A stretch of DNA of 64,000 bases from Candidatus Tayloriibacteriota bacterium. GTDB lineage: Bacteria; Patescibacteriota; Minisyncoccia; Phycocordibacterales; PALSA-1337. Location of the stretch: positions 8,066 through 72,065 of the forward strand of contig JBAXSG010000002.1 of the NCBI GenBank assembly GCA_037130865.1. Direction: 5' to 3'. Every line of letters starts with the position of its first letter. Within the stretch, counting starts at the first letter, position 1. Under the pieces are notes generated by a model. It searched no databases and was not told the DNA's origin. It saw only the letters and a list, made by a program, of their open reading frames with translations. A program made the translations under genes and the position numbers. Below are positions 49,536 to 58,101 of this stretch, piece after piece.

Positions 49536-49940
49536 TTATATAGGCTTCTTCGTAATCAAAACATTTTCGACTTCCCTCAAGACTTCAGAAGGAACTGTGG
49601 TAGCCTTCACAATATATCCATCTACATTGAGTTTCCTTGCTCTACCTATATCATCCGAGGAGCCCTGATTCGTAAGCATGATAATGGTGGCATCTGGTAC
49701 TATTTTATTTTCTTTTATAAAAGAAATCATCTCTAGACCATCCATACCAGGCATGACCACATCCGCCAATATGATATCCGGTTTGTAGCCGTCTTTTATG
49801 AGTTGCAGTGCTAGATTTGTAGCATCAGCAGTCTTCACTTCATAACCAGATTTGGAGAACTTTATGGCATACATATCCAAAAGGAACCTATCGTCATCTA
49901 CTAGGAGTATTTTCTTGGGTGTATTTGGTGTATTGGTCAT
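49536..49940 (-). CDS. single-domain CheY-like response regulator embedded between pilB and pilT
   Basis: KILLVDDD...DIILADVVMPGMDG receiver motifs; 134 aa. Confidence 0.85.
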   Translation of the reverse strand: MTNTPNTPKKILLVDDDRFLLDMYAIKFSKSGYEVKTADATNLALQLIKDGYKPDIILADVVMPGMDGLEMISFIKENKIVPDATIIMLTNQGSSDDIGRARKLNVDGYIVKATTVPSEVLREVENVLITKKPI

Positions 49941-50000
49941 ATTATTGATATATATTTGCTGTTATATATTGTAACATAATTAAATATAGTAAAAATTGGA

Positions 50001-51713
50001 TTAGAGTCTAATCACCTCTTCAAATGGTATAACTTTATTGAAAGCCTTAACCATAGCATCCTCCTTGAGGGTCAACATACCCTTTGCACGAACTGTCTTA
50101 TAGACTTCATTCTCGACTGGATTATGTAGGATGACCTTCTCTATATCTTTATCCATCTCAAACATCTCGAAGACTGCCATACGACCACGAGTACCTTTTG
50201 GAGATTCTGCTGTAGGTTTGATCTTGTATACTTGATCGGAAAATGGAACATCTTTCTTGTATTGTGCTGGTAAATCTGCAAATGATTGATCTACCAAAGA
50301 TTTGATACTTCCATCTACAGGTACGAGCTCACCAGATCCTGGAGACAGCACTCCGACCAGTCTTTGTGCCACTGCCAATATCAATGTTGGTGCAATCAAA
50401 TAAGGGTCTACTCCCATATCTATAAGACGTGGTATGACACCGGCAGCATTGTTTGTGTGTAGAGTAGAAAGCACTAAGTGACCAGTAAGAGCCGCCTGCA
50501 CAGCCAACTGTGCTGTTTCCTTGTCACGGATTTCACCGACCATGATTATATCTGGGTCCTGACGAAGTGTAGTTCGCAGACCAGTATCAAATGAATAACC
50601 GATTTCTGGTCTAACCTGTGACTGACTAACACCGTCAATTGTATACTCGACTGGATCTTCCAAAGACAAGACGTTGTAACTCTCACGATCTACCTCACTC
50701 AAAAGTGAATAAAGTGTTGTCGACTTACCGGAACCAGTAGGACCAGTGATGAGTATAAGACCATATGGCTTATTTATAGCGTCTTTCAACATTTTCAGAT
50801 TTCTCGGAGACATATTCAGATCCTTCAGACTACGCATACCCTTCGCTTGATCGAGAATACGCATCTCGACTTTTTCTCCATAATATGATGGGAATGTAGA
50901 TACACGGAAATCAACACGGCGGTCATCTATGCGTGCAGAAAAACGGCCGTCTTGAGGTTTGCGCTTCTCATCTAGACGCATATTTGAGAGAACTTTTATA
51001 CGTGCCACGACCGCTGAATGCACAGAAGGTGGCAATACTAGACTAGTATTCAAAATACCGTCGACACGAAAACGAACACGGACCTTATCGCGAACATGTT
51101 CTATGTGTACATCTGAAGCATCCCCTTCAACGGCATATCTGACTATAGTAGCGACGATCTTAACAACTGGAGCATCCTCTATAATCATGGTCTCCTTCGA
51201 AGTAGAAGTTTCTGGTCTCTTAAATGTCTCCGTGGAGCTATCCACAGTAAGCTCTGTTTCTAGTTCTGATAGAGCCTTATTCACTTCTCCGGTAATGCCT
51301 TTGTATGTATCCAGTATTTTATTGAAATCCTCTTGTGTTATAAGGAATATCTTATATGGTATATTTTTTCTCGCAGCCAAGAAATTCAAAGCGTCTCTTG
51401 CCTCCATATTATCAGGATCAACTAGACCAACTTCCAGGACACCATCTACTAAACCAAGTGGAGCAAAATGATAATGCACCGCCGATTCCTCTGGAATATA
51501 ATCTAAAACTTCAAAAGGTACTGAGTTATCAGCAACAGTTCTAACTGGTACATTCAGGAATTCACTGCGTGCAGCGACCACATCTTCAGGCTTCACACCA
51601 TGAGAGATGAGTGCGTCATCTAGCGTAGCACCATCAGAGACTTGTTTTCGTATTTCTCGGACATCGTCTTTGCTGATGATTTTCTTTTGAAAAAGTATAT
51701 CTATAACACTCAT
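50001..51713 (-). CDS. pilB: type IV pilus assembly ATPase PilB (GspE family)
   Basis: N-terminal GSPII_E_N domain, Walker A GPTGSGKST, 570 aa. Confidence 0.9.
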   Translation of the reverse strand: MSVIDILFQKKIISKDDVREIRKQVSDGATLDDALISHGVKPEDVVAARSEFLNVPVRTVADNSVPFEVLDYIPEESAVHYHFAPLGLVDGVLEVGLVDPDNMEARDALNFLAARKNIPYKIFLITQEDFNKILDTYKGITGEVNKALSELETELTVDSSTETFKRPETSTSKETMIIEDAPVVKIVATIVRYAVEGDASDVHIEHVRDKVRVRFRVDGILNTSLVLPPSVHSAVVARIKVLSNMRLDEKRKPQDGRFSARIDDRRVDFRVSTFPSYYGEKVEMRILDQAKGMRSLKDLNMSPRNLKMLKDAINKPYGLILITGPTGSGKSTTLYSLLSEVDRESYNVLSLEDPVEYTIDGVSQSQVRPEIGYSFDTGLRTTLRQDPDIIMVGEIRDKETAQLAVQAALTGHLVLSTLHTNNAAGVIPRLIDMGVDPYLIAPTLILAVAQRLVGVLSPGSGELVPVDGSIKSLVDQSFADLPAQYKKDVPFSDQVYKIKPTAESPKGTRGRMAVFEMFEMDKDIEKVILHNPVENEVYKTVRAKGMLTLKEDAMVKAFNKVIPFEEVIRL

Positions 51714-51772
51714 GTTTTTATATTAAGAAATGAAGGGCTGTCAAACTCTAGCCAAGAACCGCACTCCTACTT

Positions 51773-52201
51773 TTACTTTATCGGACTGACTGGCCTAGTG
51801 ACTGTCTGGGTCTGCGATTGGGGGAAAGGACTTGGAACACCTGAAACTGGTGCAAATGGATCTGCGCGACTACTACCGACTCCTCCGCTTCCGCCAAAAC
51901 CTCCGCCGCCGACATTGACTGCTCGGACTTGCTGAACTCTGTCTATGAGAGATGTGAATATGCTGCTACTGAAAAAACTAGGGTTTATCTTTATGGAACT
52001 GACTTGATTTAGAAGAGCAAGCTCGTTTATACCAACAGAAGCACTCGCTGCGCCAGCAGCAGATTGAGAAGATAGAGGACTAGAGCTAGTGGATGGATTA
52101 TTCCCCATCGTCCAGAAATAAAATCCGCCAGCTATGATGACGATGACTACTATAACAATTGTGGTAATGGTTGATTTATTCATGTTTATTGTTGTAACCA
52201 A
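51773..52201 (-). CDS. PilP-like pilus assembly protein (tentative)
   Basis: N-terminal TM, Ser/Gly-rich linker, RADPFAP motif similar to the PilP conserved RDPF. Confidence 0.45.
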   Translation of the reverse strand: MVTTINMNKSTITTIVIVVIVIIAGGFYFWTMGNNPSTSSSPLSSQSAAGAASASVGINELALLNQVSSIKINPSFFSSSIFTSLIDRVQQVRAVNVGGGGFGGSGGVGSSRADPFAPVSGVPSPFPQSQTQTVTRPVSPIK

Positions 52202-52770
52202 TAGGCATTTGCCTCAACATTGAAGTCATATGCTCCAGTATCTGAAGCTTTGACGACAATCTTCGTGACATCTATTATGCGAAGGTCTCTTTCTATATCT
52301 TGCAAGAAACTCACAAACCTACCATATCCAGATGTAATCGTGAAAGAAAGTTTTATATTACCAAGTAACATATTTGGCAAAAGAGCCGATGTTGTTGCAC
52401 TGTTTGCAGTGGCGTTATTTTGTTGACTGGCAGCCTTGCCTGTATCTACAATATCCGCTTTTATGTTCTTTATTGTGACTCCGTCACGGTTTGCTAGAGC
52501 AGACAAATCCACAATGAGATGAATATTGTCTACTGAACTAGGTATCATCTTATCTAGTCGTGCAAGATCATTTGTTGAGATCTTGTTGTTGGCGGCTTGA
52601 ACAGAACCACGAACGGTCTCAAGGGACTGGGCATTACTTATTGCTTTGACATACTGGTCATTGGTAGATAATAAGACAAGATCGGTATCATAAATCTGGC
52701 TCTGGGTATATGTGAAATATATACCGATGCCGAGGACTATGAGTATGAGTGCTGTAATGTTTTTATTCAT
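52186..52770 (-). CDS. PilO-like pilus assembly protein (tentative)
   Basis: Single N-terminal TM plus coiled-coil and periplasmic domain; called by position between pilN-like and pilP-like. Confidence 0.5.
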   Translation of the reverse strand: MNKNITALILIVLGIGIYFTYTQSQIYDTDLVLLSTNDQYVKAISNAQSLETVRGSVQAANNKISTNDLARLDKMIPSSVDNIHLIVDLSALANRDGVTIKNIKADIVDTGKAASQQNNATANSATTSALLPNMLLGNIKLSFTITSGYGRFVSFLQDIERDLRIIDVTKIVVKASDTGAYDFNVEANAYWLQQ

Positions 52771-53387
52771 ATATTTGTCAATGTCTTGCTATACAACATA
52801 CTGTCTGGAGAAATATCAGCTGTTAAGACAAAAGATACCGTCGAATCTTGGTTCTGTACAGGATTGGAGATCATTGGGTTTGATATGATATTTTTCACAC
52901 CGAGTGATTCAAGATGATTCAGCTGATCAGACTGGAAAGCCAATGCGTCATAACTTGGTGCATAACCATTTGCCTTCAGACTTATACTTCTGGTCTTACC
53001 TACAGTCATATCAATGTTCAAGCTAGTGAAGCGAATATTCTCTGCAGTGATCGATGATAGTGCACTGAACACTTGAGATAGAGCGATGTGATTCTTGAGA
53101 AGTGCCGATGCGAGATCTATCTTCGTGGCTGTAGTCTTGAGAGCGACTATGCTGTTTGTATTGAAATTCTTCTCCAGAGTCTTCAGACTGACACCATATT
53201 CAGCTTGTTTTGTTTCCAGATATTTCTGCCAACCATAGGAACCGGCGGCAGCCAATATGGAAATAACGAATACAAATACTCCTATCAACAATAAAATGCT
53301 GGTATTTTGTTGTTTTGCCGGCGCAACCGTGCTTGCCGGTGTTAACGACTTCCTAGGTATAAAAGAGGTTTGAAACTTTGTGTCCAT
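52767..53387 (-). CDS. PilN-like pilus assembly protein (tentative)
   Basis: Short cytoplasmic N-terminus, one TM, periplasmic domain; immediately downstream of pilM. Confidence 0.5.
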   Translation of the reverse strand: MDTKFQTSFIPRKSLTPASTVAPAKQQNTSILLLIGVFVFVISILAAAGSYGWQKYLETKQAEYGVSLKTLEKNFNTNSIVALKTTATKIDLASALLKNHIALSQVFSALSSITAENIRFTSLNIDMTVGKTRSISLKANGYAPSYDALAFQSDQLNHLESLGVKNIISNPMISNPVQNQDSTVSFVLTADISPDSMLYSKTLTNI

Positions 53388-53449
53388 ATATTCATTGATA
53401 TTATAGCAAATATAAGAGGACTTTGGGACTGAGAACTATGTGAATAAGT

Positions 53450-54583
53450 CTAATCAGACTCCGCCAGCTTCCTCAAAGCAGCGCCGATAGCCACGGCGAA
53501 CTCTGGTCCAGCCTTGGCGAATTCATCTGACAAGAAAGCTGGTGTCTCCAACCGGCTAAAAGGATCTGCGTAAACTACATCCGTCTGAAAACTGACCTTA
53601 GCTAGATCTACAAAACCTTTCAACAAGACTCCCCCACCAGTCAATATTACCTTGTTAACATTTTTCGATGACTTCTTCTGATAATTCAGAAGTGCAGAAT
53701 TTGATTCATAAAGAATATAATCCAAGTTTACTGTGATAATCTCCGCCAACTCTCTGTATTCTGGACCACCTTTGAGTCCGTAGACTCGTTTCATGTTTTC
53801 TGCTTCAGTCACAGGTATCGATAGAGACTTCGACAAAGCTAGAGTGATATCTTGACTGCCTTTATTTATGATATGCGAAGCACGCAGAACACCACGCTCA
53901 ACTATGTATATCTTTGTGGTTCGAGCACCGATATCGATAATCATGTCCGTATGAACGCCCTGATCGATAACTGCACGGATAGAACTGAAAATTTCTATCT
54001 CATAGAAACTAGGTTGTAATCCGGCGCCGGATGTCATCTGTTGATAACTCGTGAGATATTCTTTGTGAATAGCGACGACCAAAAAATCAGATCCTTGTCT
54101 TTCAGTGCTAGTGGCTTCATCGTCGGAAACATAAGACTCTTCCCTTGGTATAGGAGACCAGTCCAACATAACTTCATCTAGTGGTACTGGAATGTATTTG
54201 CGTGCTTCCAAAGATACAACTTCAGAAAGTTGTTTGTCTGGGACAGTAGGGACGGTTATAAATGTTATAAGACTGGAAGATAATGGCAAAGCAACACCAC
54301 AAAGAGTTGTTGTGGTTTTCGATTCGCGTAAAACATCCTTGATCGCTTCAACAAGTTTATCCACAGGGAGACTCGTTGCACGACCAACTTCCGTGCTGGC
54401 ATAAGGACCGAGTGCCAATTCACCGTATGTCTCCAAAACTGCACGGCCTCTTTTCTTCTTAATCTGCACCACCTTTATGGCGGAAGAGCCGATATCAATG
54501 CCAAGCACGCTCGTTTGTTTATTGAAAAACGATCCGAAAAATGAGCTAAGTGAAGCCATGGTACTATTATATAGCATATGCAA
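53450..54583 (-). CDS. pilM: type IV pilus assembly protein PilM (actin-like ATPase fold)
   Basis: VLGIDIGSSAIKVVQI sugar-kinase/actin-like phosphate-1 motif; 377 aa. Confidence 0.8.
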   Translation of the reverse strand: MHMLYNSTMASLSSFFGSFFNKQTSVLGIDIGSSAIKVVQIKKKRGRAVLETYGELALGPYASTEVGRATSLPVDKLVEAIKDVLRESKTTTTLCGVALPLSSSLITFITVPTVPDKQLSEVVSLEARKYIPVPLDEVMLDWSPIPREESYVSDDEATSTERQGSDFLVVAIHKEYLTSYQQMTSGAGLQPSFYEIEIFSSIRAVIDQGVHTDMIIDIGARTTKIYIVERGVLRASHIINKGSQDITLALSKSLSIPVTEAENMKRVYGLKGGPEYRELAEIITVNLDYILYESNSALLNYQKKSSKNVNKVILTGGGVLLKGFVDLAKVSFQTDVVYADPFSRLETPAFLSDEFAKAGPEFAVAIGAALRKLAESD

Positions 54584-55297
54584 TTTTTTCGCTTGCTATA
54601 TTCCACATTTCAGGATGCCCTGTTCCCTCTTAGTGAAGCTGAGAGAGGATTATTTTCTTATTCTCCAGAAAAAGCTTTCGAGGTACTACCGAAAGCAAGT
54701 CTCACTCCGAAGATGATCGACCCTACCGGATCTGAAACATATCATCAAACTTTAGGGATTTTCGCTTACAAAGATGAGCGTGTCAGTCGGTTGGTTTGGA
54801 ATATCAAGTACAAAAAGTCCAAACCCGCGACGAAGATAGCTGGATACGCATTGAGAAAAGTGATCAGTGCTCTGTTATGTCCAGACGGTATCATAGACAC
54901 ACTAAAGACTATCGTCATCGTACCAATGCCTATAACGCAAAGACGCCGACGCGAACGTGGTTACAATCAATGCGAATTGATCACCGAGGAAATGGCACAC
55001 TACGTAAATAAAGATATCCAAATAATATTTGAAAATAAGTTGTTACTACGCATCCAACATACATCTCACCAAAAGCATAAAGATCGAGAAGCTCGCCTAG
55101 AATTGGAAGGTGGTATATTCAAAGTAGATGAGAAGATTTTGAATGAAATCAAAGGAAAAATAGTGGGCGTACTAGAAGGCACGCAATTCATAATCGTCGA
55201 TGATGTTATAACTACCGGCACTACAATCCGCGGTGCCATTGAGACAATGAAAAAAGCTGGTCTAACAAATGTGCGTGGGGTGGCTTTGGCGCATTAG
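54578..55297 (+). CDS. comFC: ComF family protein / phosphoribosyltransferase domain protein
   Basis: C-terminal PRTase motif IIVDDVITTGTT; no N-terminal Cys zinc finger, so the start is uncertain. Confidence 0.7.
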   Translation: MQFFRLLYSTFQDALFPLSEAERGLFSYSPEKAFEVLPKASLTPKMIDPTGSETYHQTLGIFAYKDERVSRLVWNIKYKKSKPATKIAGYALRKVISALLCPDGIIDTLKTIVIVPMPITQRRRRERGYNQCELITEEMAHYVNKDIQIIFENKLLLRIQHTSHQKHKDREARLELEGGIFKVDEKILNEIKGKIVGVLEGTQFIIVDDVITTGTTIRGAIETMKKAGLTNVRGVALAH

Positions 55298-55310
55298 ACT
55301 ATCTCGGATA

Positions 55311-56528
55311 TTACACCACCACCTTCACAAATCTACGCTTACCTATTTTGAGGACTGTAGTTTTTGTCGGCTTCCACAGAGGATCAGAAATCTTCTCATC
55401 TTTTCCACCCGCAACAGCGGCATCTGCAGCAACAACCGTGACTGCGCCAGCATCTATCAACCTGCGCCATTCTGCCTTCGAAGGAACTATGCCAGCTTTG
55501 ATGAGAGAGTCAACCAATGAATTTGTATTGACCGATCCAGCCGCGCTACCGATCTTCACCTCTACAACATCTTCTGGCACGCCACCTTTGGCAAAAGTTT
55601 TATTGAATGAATCCTCGGCGGAGCGAGCCATGACTTCCCCGTGGAAACGACGGACTATATCAAATGCGATTCGCGCCTTGGCTTCGCGTGGTCCTTGCGC
55701 CATCAAAGCATCTTTTTCAGCCATGGGTATGCGTGTACAATTTAAGAAAAGCGGATCAATCATCGGATCAGGCAAAGCCATGATGGATCCGAACAAATCA
55801 TTTGGAGTGGAATCGATGAAAACTCCTGTGCCGTTACTCTTAGACATCAGCTCTCCAGTTTTAGGATTCGCCACCAAGTTCAGAACAATAACAAACTTCT
55901 CTTTATTTTTCAGACGCTTCATAAGGGTGCGACCGGCGAGAGCATTGAATATCTGATCAGTACCACAGAGTTCCGCGTCGACATCCATGACAACACTGTC
56001 ATAACCCTGCATCATTGGATACAAAAATTCATGGAGATGTATAGGCGTGCCTTCCTTCATGCGTTTGGCAAACATATCTCGCTCAAGCATTTGCTGTACG
56101 GTGAAGTTGGCTGCAAGATCGACAACATCGCTCAGGGTCAGCTTAGAAAGCCAGGCAGAATTGTACATAACTTTGGCTGGATTCTTCTTATCGGTAAAGT
56201 CGACAACTGAAGAGACCTGCTTCAACCAACCGGAAACATTGACCTTCACTTCCTCGGCAGTCAACTGTTTGCGTGTCGCGGATTTGTCTGGATCACCGAT
56301 ACGCGCAGTGAAATCTCCAAACAATACTATGACTTCATGGCCAAGCTGGCGCAATTCTTCCAAAAAGATCAAGTTCTTCGCGTGGCCGATATGCAGAGCT
56401 GTTCCAGTTGGATCGGCTCCGAAATATATCTTTAATTTCTTACCATCTTTTAGCGCTTGCAACAAAATCTCCTTTGAAGGAAATACTTCTACCACTGTTC
56501 CGCGTTCAAAGAGTTTTTCTATTTCCAT
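55311..56528 (-). CDS. tyrS: tyrosine--tRNA ligase
   Basis: GADPTGTALHIGH (HIGH), KMSKS-like LMSKS, C-terminal S4-like region. The ORF-track start at 56615 was rejected in favour of MEIEKLFERG. Confidence 0.85.
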   Translation of the reverse strand: MEIEKLFERGTVVEVFPSKEILLQALKDGKKLKIYFGADPTGTALHIGHAKNLIFLEELRQLGHEVIVLFGDFTARIGDPDKSATRKQLTAEEVKVNVSGWLKQVSSVVDFTDKKNPAKVMYNSAWLSKLTLSDVVDLAANFTVQQMLERDMFAKRMKEGTPIHLHEFLYPMMQGYDSVVMDVDAELCGTDQIFNALAGRTLMKRLKNKEKFVIVLNLVANPKTGELMSKSNGTGVFIDSTPNDLFGSIMALPDPMIDPLFLNCTRIPMAEKDALMAQGPREAKARIAFDIVRRFHGEVMARSAEDSFNKTFAKGGVPEDVVEVKIGSAAGSVNTNSLVDSLIKAGIVPSKAEWRRLIDAGAVTVVAADAAVAGGKDEKISDPLWKPTKTTVLKIGKRRFVKVVV

Positions 56529-56535
56529 GTTTTGA

Positions 56536-56841
56536 TTAATTTGTCGGTGCAGCTGGAGTATTTGGGGTGCTTGGGATATTCGGCGTGTTTGATTTCTTTG
56601 GAAAGATCTGATCAAACCTCATCTTGACGAAGAATATGAGGTATACCAATTCCAAAATACCGGCGGTGTTTATAACCAACATAGCGATAAACCACCACTT
56701 CTCTCCTCTCTTGGCGGAATGCCATAGAGCCAATCCTTTTAGGGCGATGACGATTACTAGAAGTATGAGGCCAAGTATACCGAAACCAAATATCCCCATC
56801 GGAGATATAGCGAGATTGCGTGAGTAAGTTGAGAACATCAT
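56536..56841 (-). CDS. hypothetical small membrane protein
   Basis: Two to three TM helices; Pro/Thr-rich C-terminus. Confidence 0.35.
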   Translation of the reverse strand: MMFSTYSRNLAISPMGIFGFGILGLILLVIVIALKGLALWHSAKRGEKWWFIAMLVINTAGILELVYLIFFVKMRFDQIFPKKSNTPNIPSTPNTPAAPTN

Positions 56842-56861
56842 TTTATTGATTTATGATTTTA

Positions 56862-57449
56862 TTAATACCACTGACCGTTTATATTTACGACTCTCTTTGT
56901 GGTTGTACCTGTGCCCGGATCGGCATACTCTATAGTGACCGCGCTTCCATCTTTCGTCCAAACAGAACTAGATGTTAAAAATAGATCTGGTGTCGGCATA
57001 ATCATGGTACTAGCTAGACGAGTCGAGAGTGACACAAGGTCAGCATCTGTCATCTTTGTAACTAGATTCTTTTCCGCTGGAGTAGAGGCCTTAGCAGTCA
57101 TATATGTTCTGATAGTGGAGGCATTCTTCGAGGTCATTGTCTTGTAACCATTTAGAAGGGCTTGATATATAGCTTTCTTGTCGTTGGCGCTCAAATCCTT
57201 CGAGGATGTAGGGTTAACTGGAGCAGCAAAATCCACTTGATTCAGGTTTGTATCAAAAGCGGCTTGAGAAGATCGTGAAGTCCCTGATGTGGATGATGTA
57301 TCTACTGGTGCTGGATTTGTTGTCTTACCACCAGATCTTACAAGTATGATAATAACAGCGATAACAATGACTACTGCTGCTATGATTGCTATCTTCTTAT
57401 TTTTAGGTGACATATTTGAGACTGTGCCTGATATTGGGTTTGGTTCCAT
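56862..57449 (-). CDS. hypothetical membrane-anchored exported protein
   Basis: N-terminal TM, Ser/Thr-rich linker, soluble domain. Confidence 0.35.
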   Translation of the reverse strand: MEPNPISGTVSNMSPKNKKIAIIAAVVIVIAVIIILVRSGGKTTNPAPVDTSSTSGTSRSSQAAFDTNLNQVDFAAPVNPTSSKDLSANDKKAIYQALLNGYKTMTSKNASTIRTYMTAKASTPAEKNLVTKMTDADLVSLSTRLASTMIMPTPDLFLTSSSVWTKDGSAVTIEYADPGTGTTTKRVVNINGQWY

Positions 57450-57571
57450 ATTTTGTACGATTACTGATTAATGATTTATAAAAGTTATGGTTAGCTGTAA
57501 TATTGTAGCAAAAATAACCCCCAGCAGCTAGGCGACACTCCATATGACTTCATACCCTTTCATCAACACTC

Positions 57572-57826
57572 TTATGAGAGGTGTGCAGAGACCAACTTGG
57601 TCATCTCGAACATGTTTACTACAGCCTTACCACCAAAAACTTTCTTGAGGTTTTCATCGGCGACGATATTGCGCTTGTTATTTGGATCCTGGAGATTAGC
57701 CTTCTTTATATAGACCCAGAGAGCCTTGACGACTTCGGAACGAGGCATAGGACCCTTACCTACTACAGCGGCCAAGTCGGCACTGATGTTCATAGGTTTC
57801 ATAAAAGCTGAATTTGGTTTTGCCAT
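57572..57826 (-). CDS. SWIB/MDM2 domain protein
   Basis: ADLAAVVGKGPMPRSEVVKALWVYIKKANLQDPNNKRNIVADENLKKVFG...MFEMTKLVSAHL matches the SWIB domain consensus. Confidence 0.8.
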   Translation of the reverse strand: MAKPNSAFMKPMNISADLAAVVGKGPMPRSEVVKALWVYIKKANLQDPNNKRNIVADENLKKVFGGKAVVNMFEMTKLVSAHLS

Positions 57827-57936
57827 ATATTTAAATATGTTATTTTTATTAATTGATAATTATTAAATCGCACAATCGACACAAGATCATACTGGGAGAT
57901 AGTTTAGCACTATTCTGTCAATAATAAAATGTCAAT

Positions 57937-58025
57937 GCGGAGACGATGGGATTCGAACCCATGAAGCCGGTTAGGGCTTACCTCGTTAGCAGTGAGGCGC
58001 TTTCGACCACTCAGCCACGTCTCCA
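57937..58025 (-). tRNA. tRNA-Ser (anticodon GCT), class II with long variable arm
   Basis: Manual fold: ggagacg acceptor, anticodon loop ctGCTaa (A31-C39 mismatch), long variable arm, T arm atggg-ttcgaat-cccat. Confidence 0.8.
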
Positions 58026-58101
58026 TGTCGTTATAAAACTACTGACTGTGTCATTCTTGCACAATTCGCGTATATTTTCAAAGATTTGCTACAATGAACT
58101 C

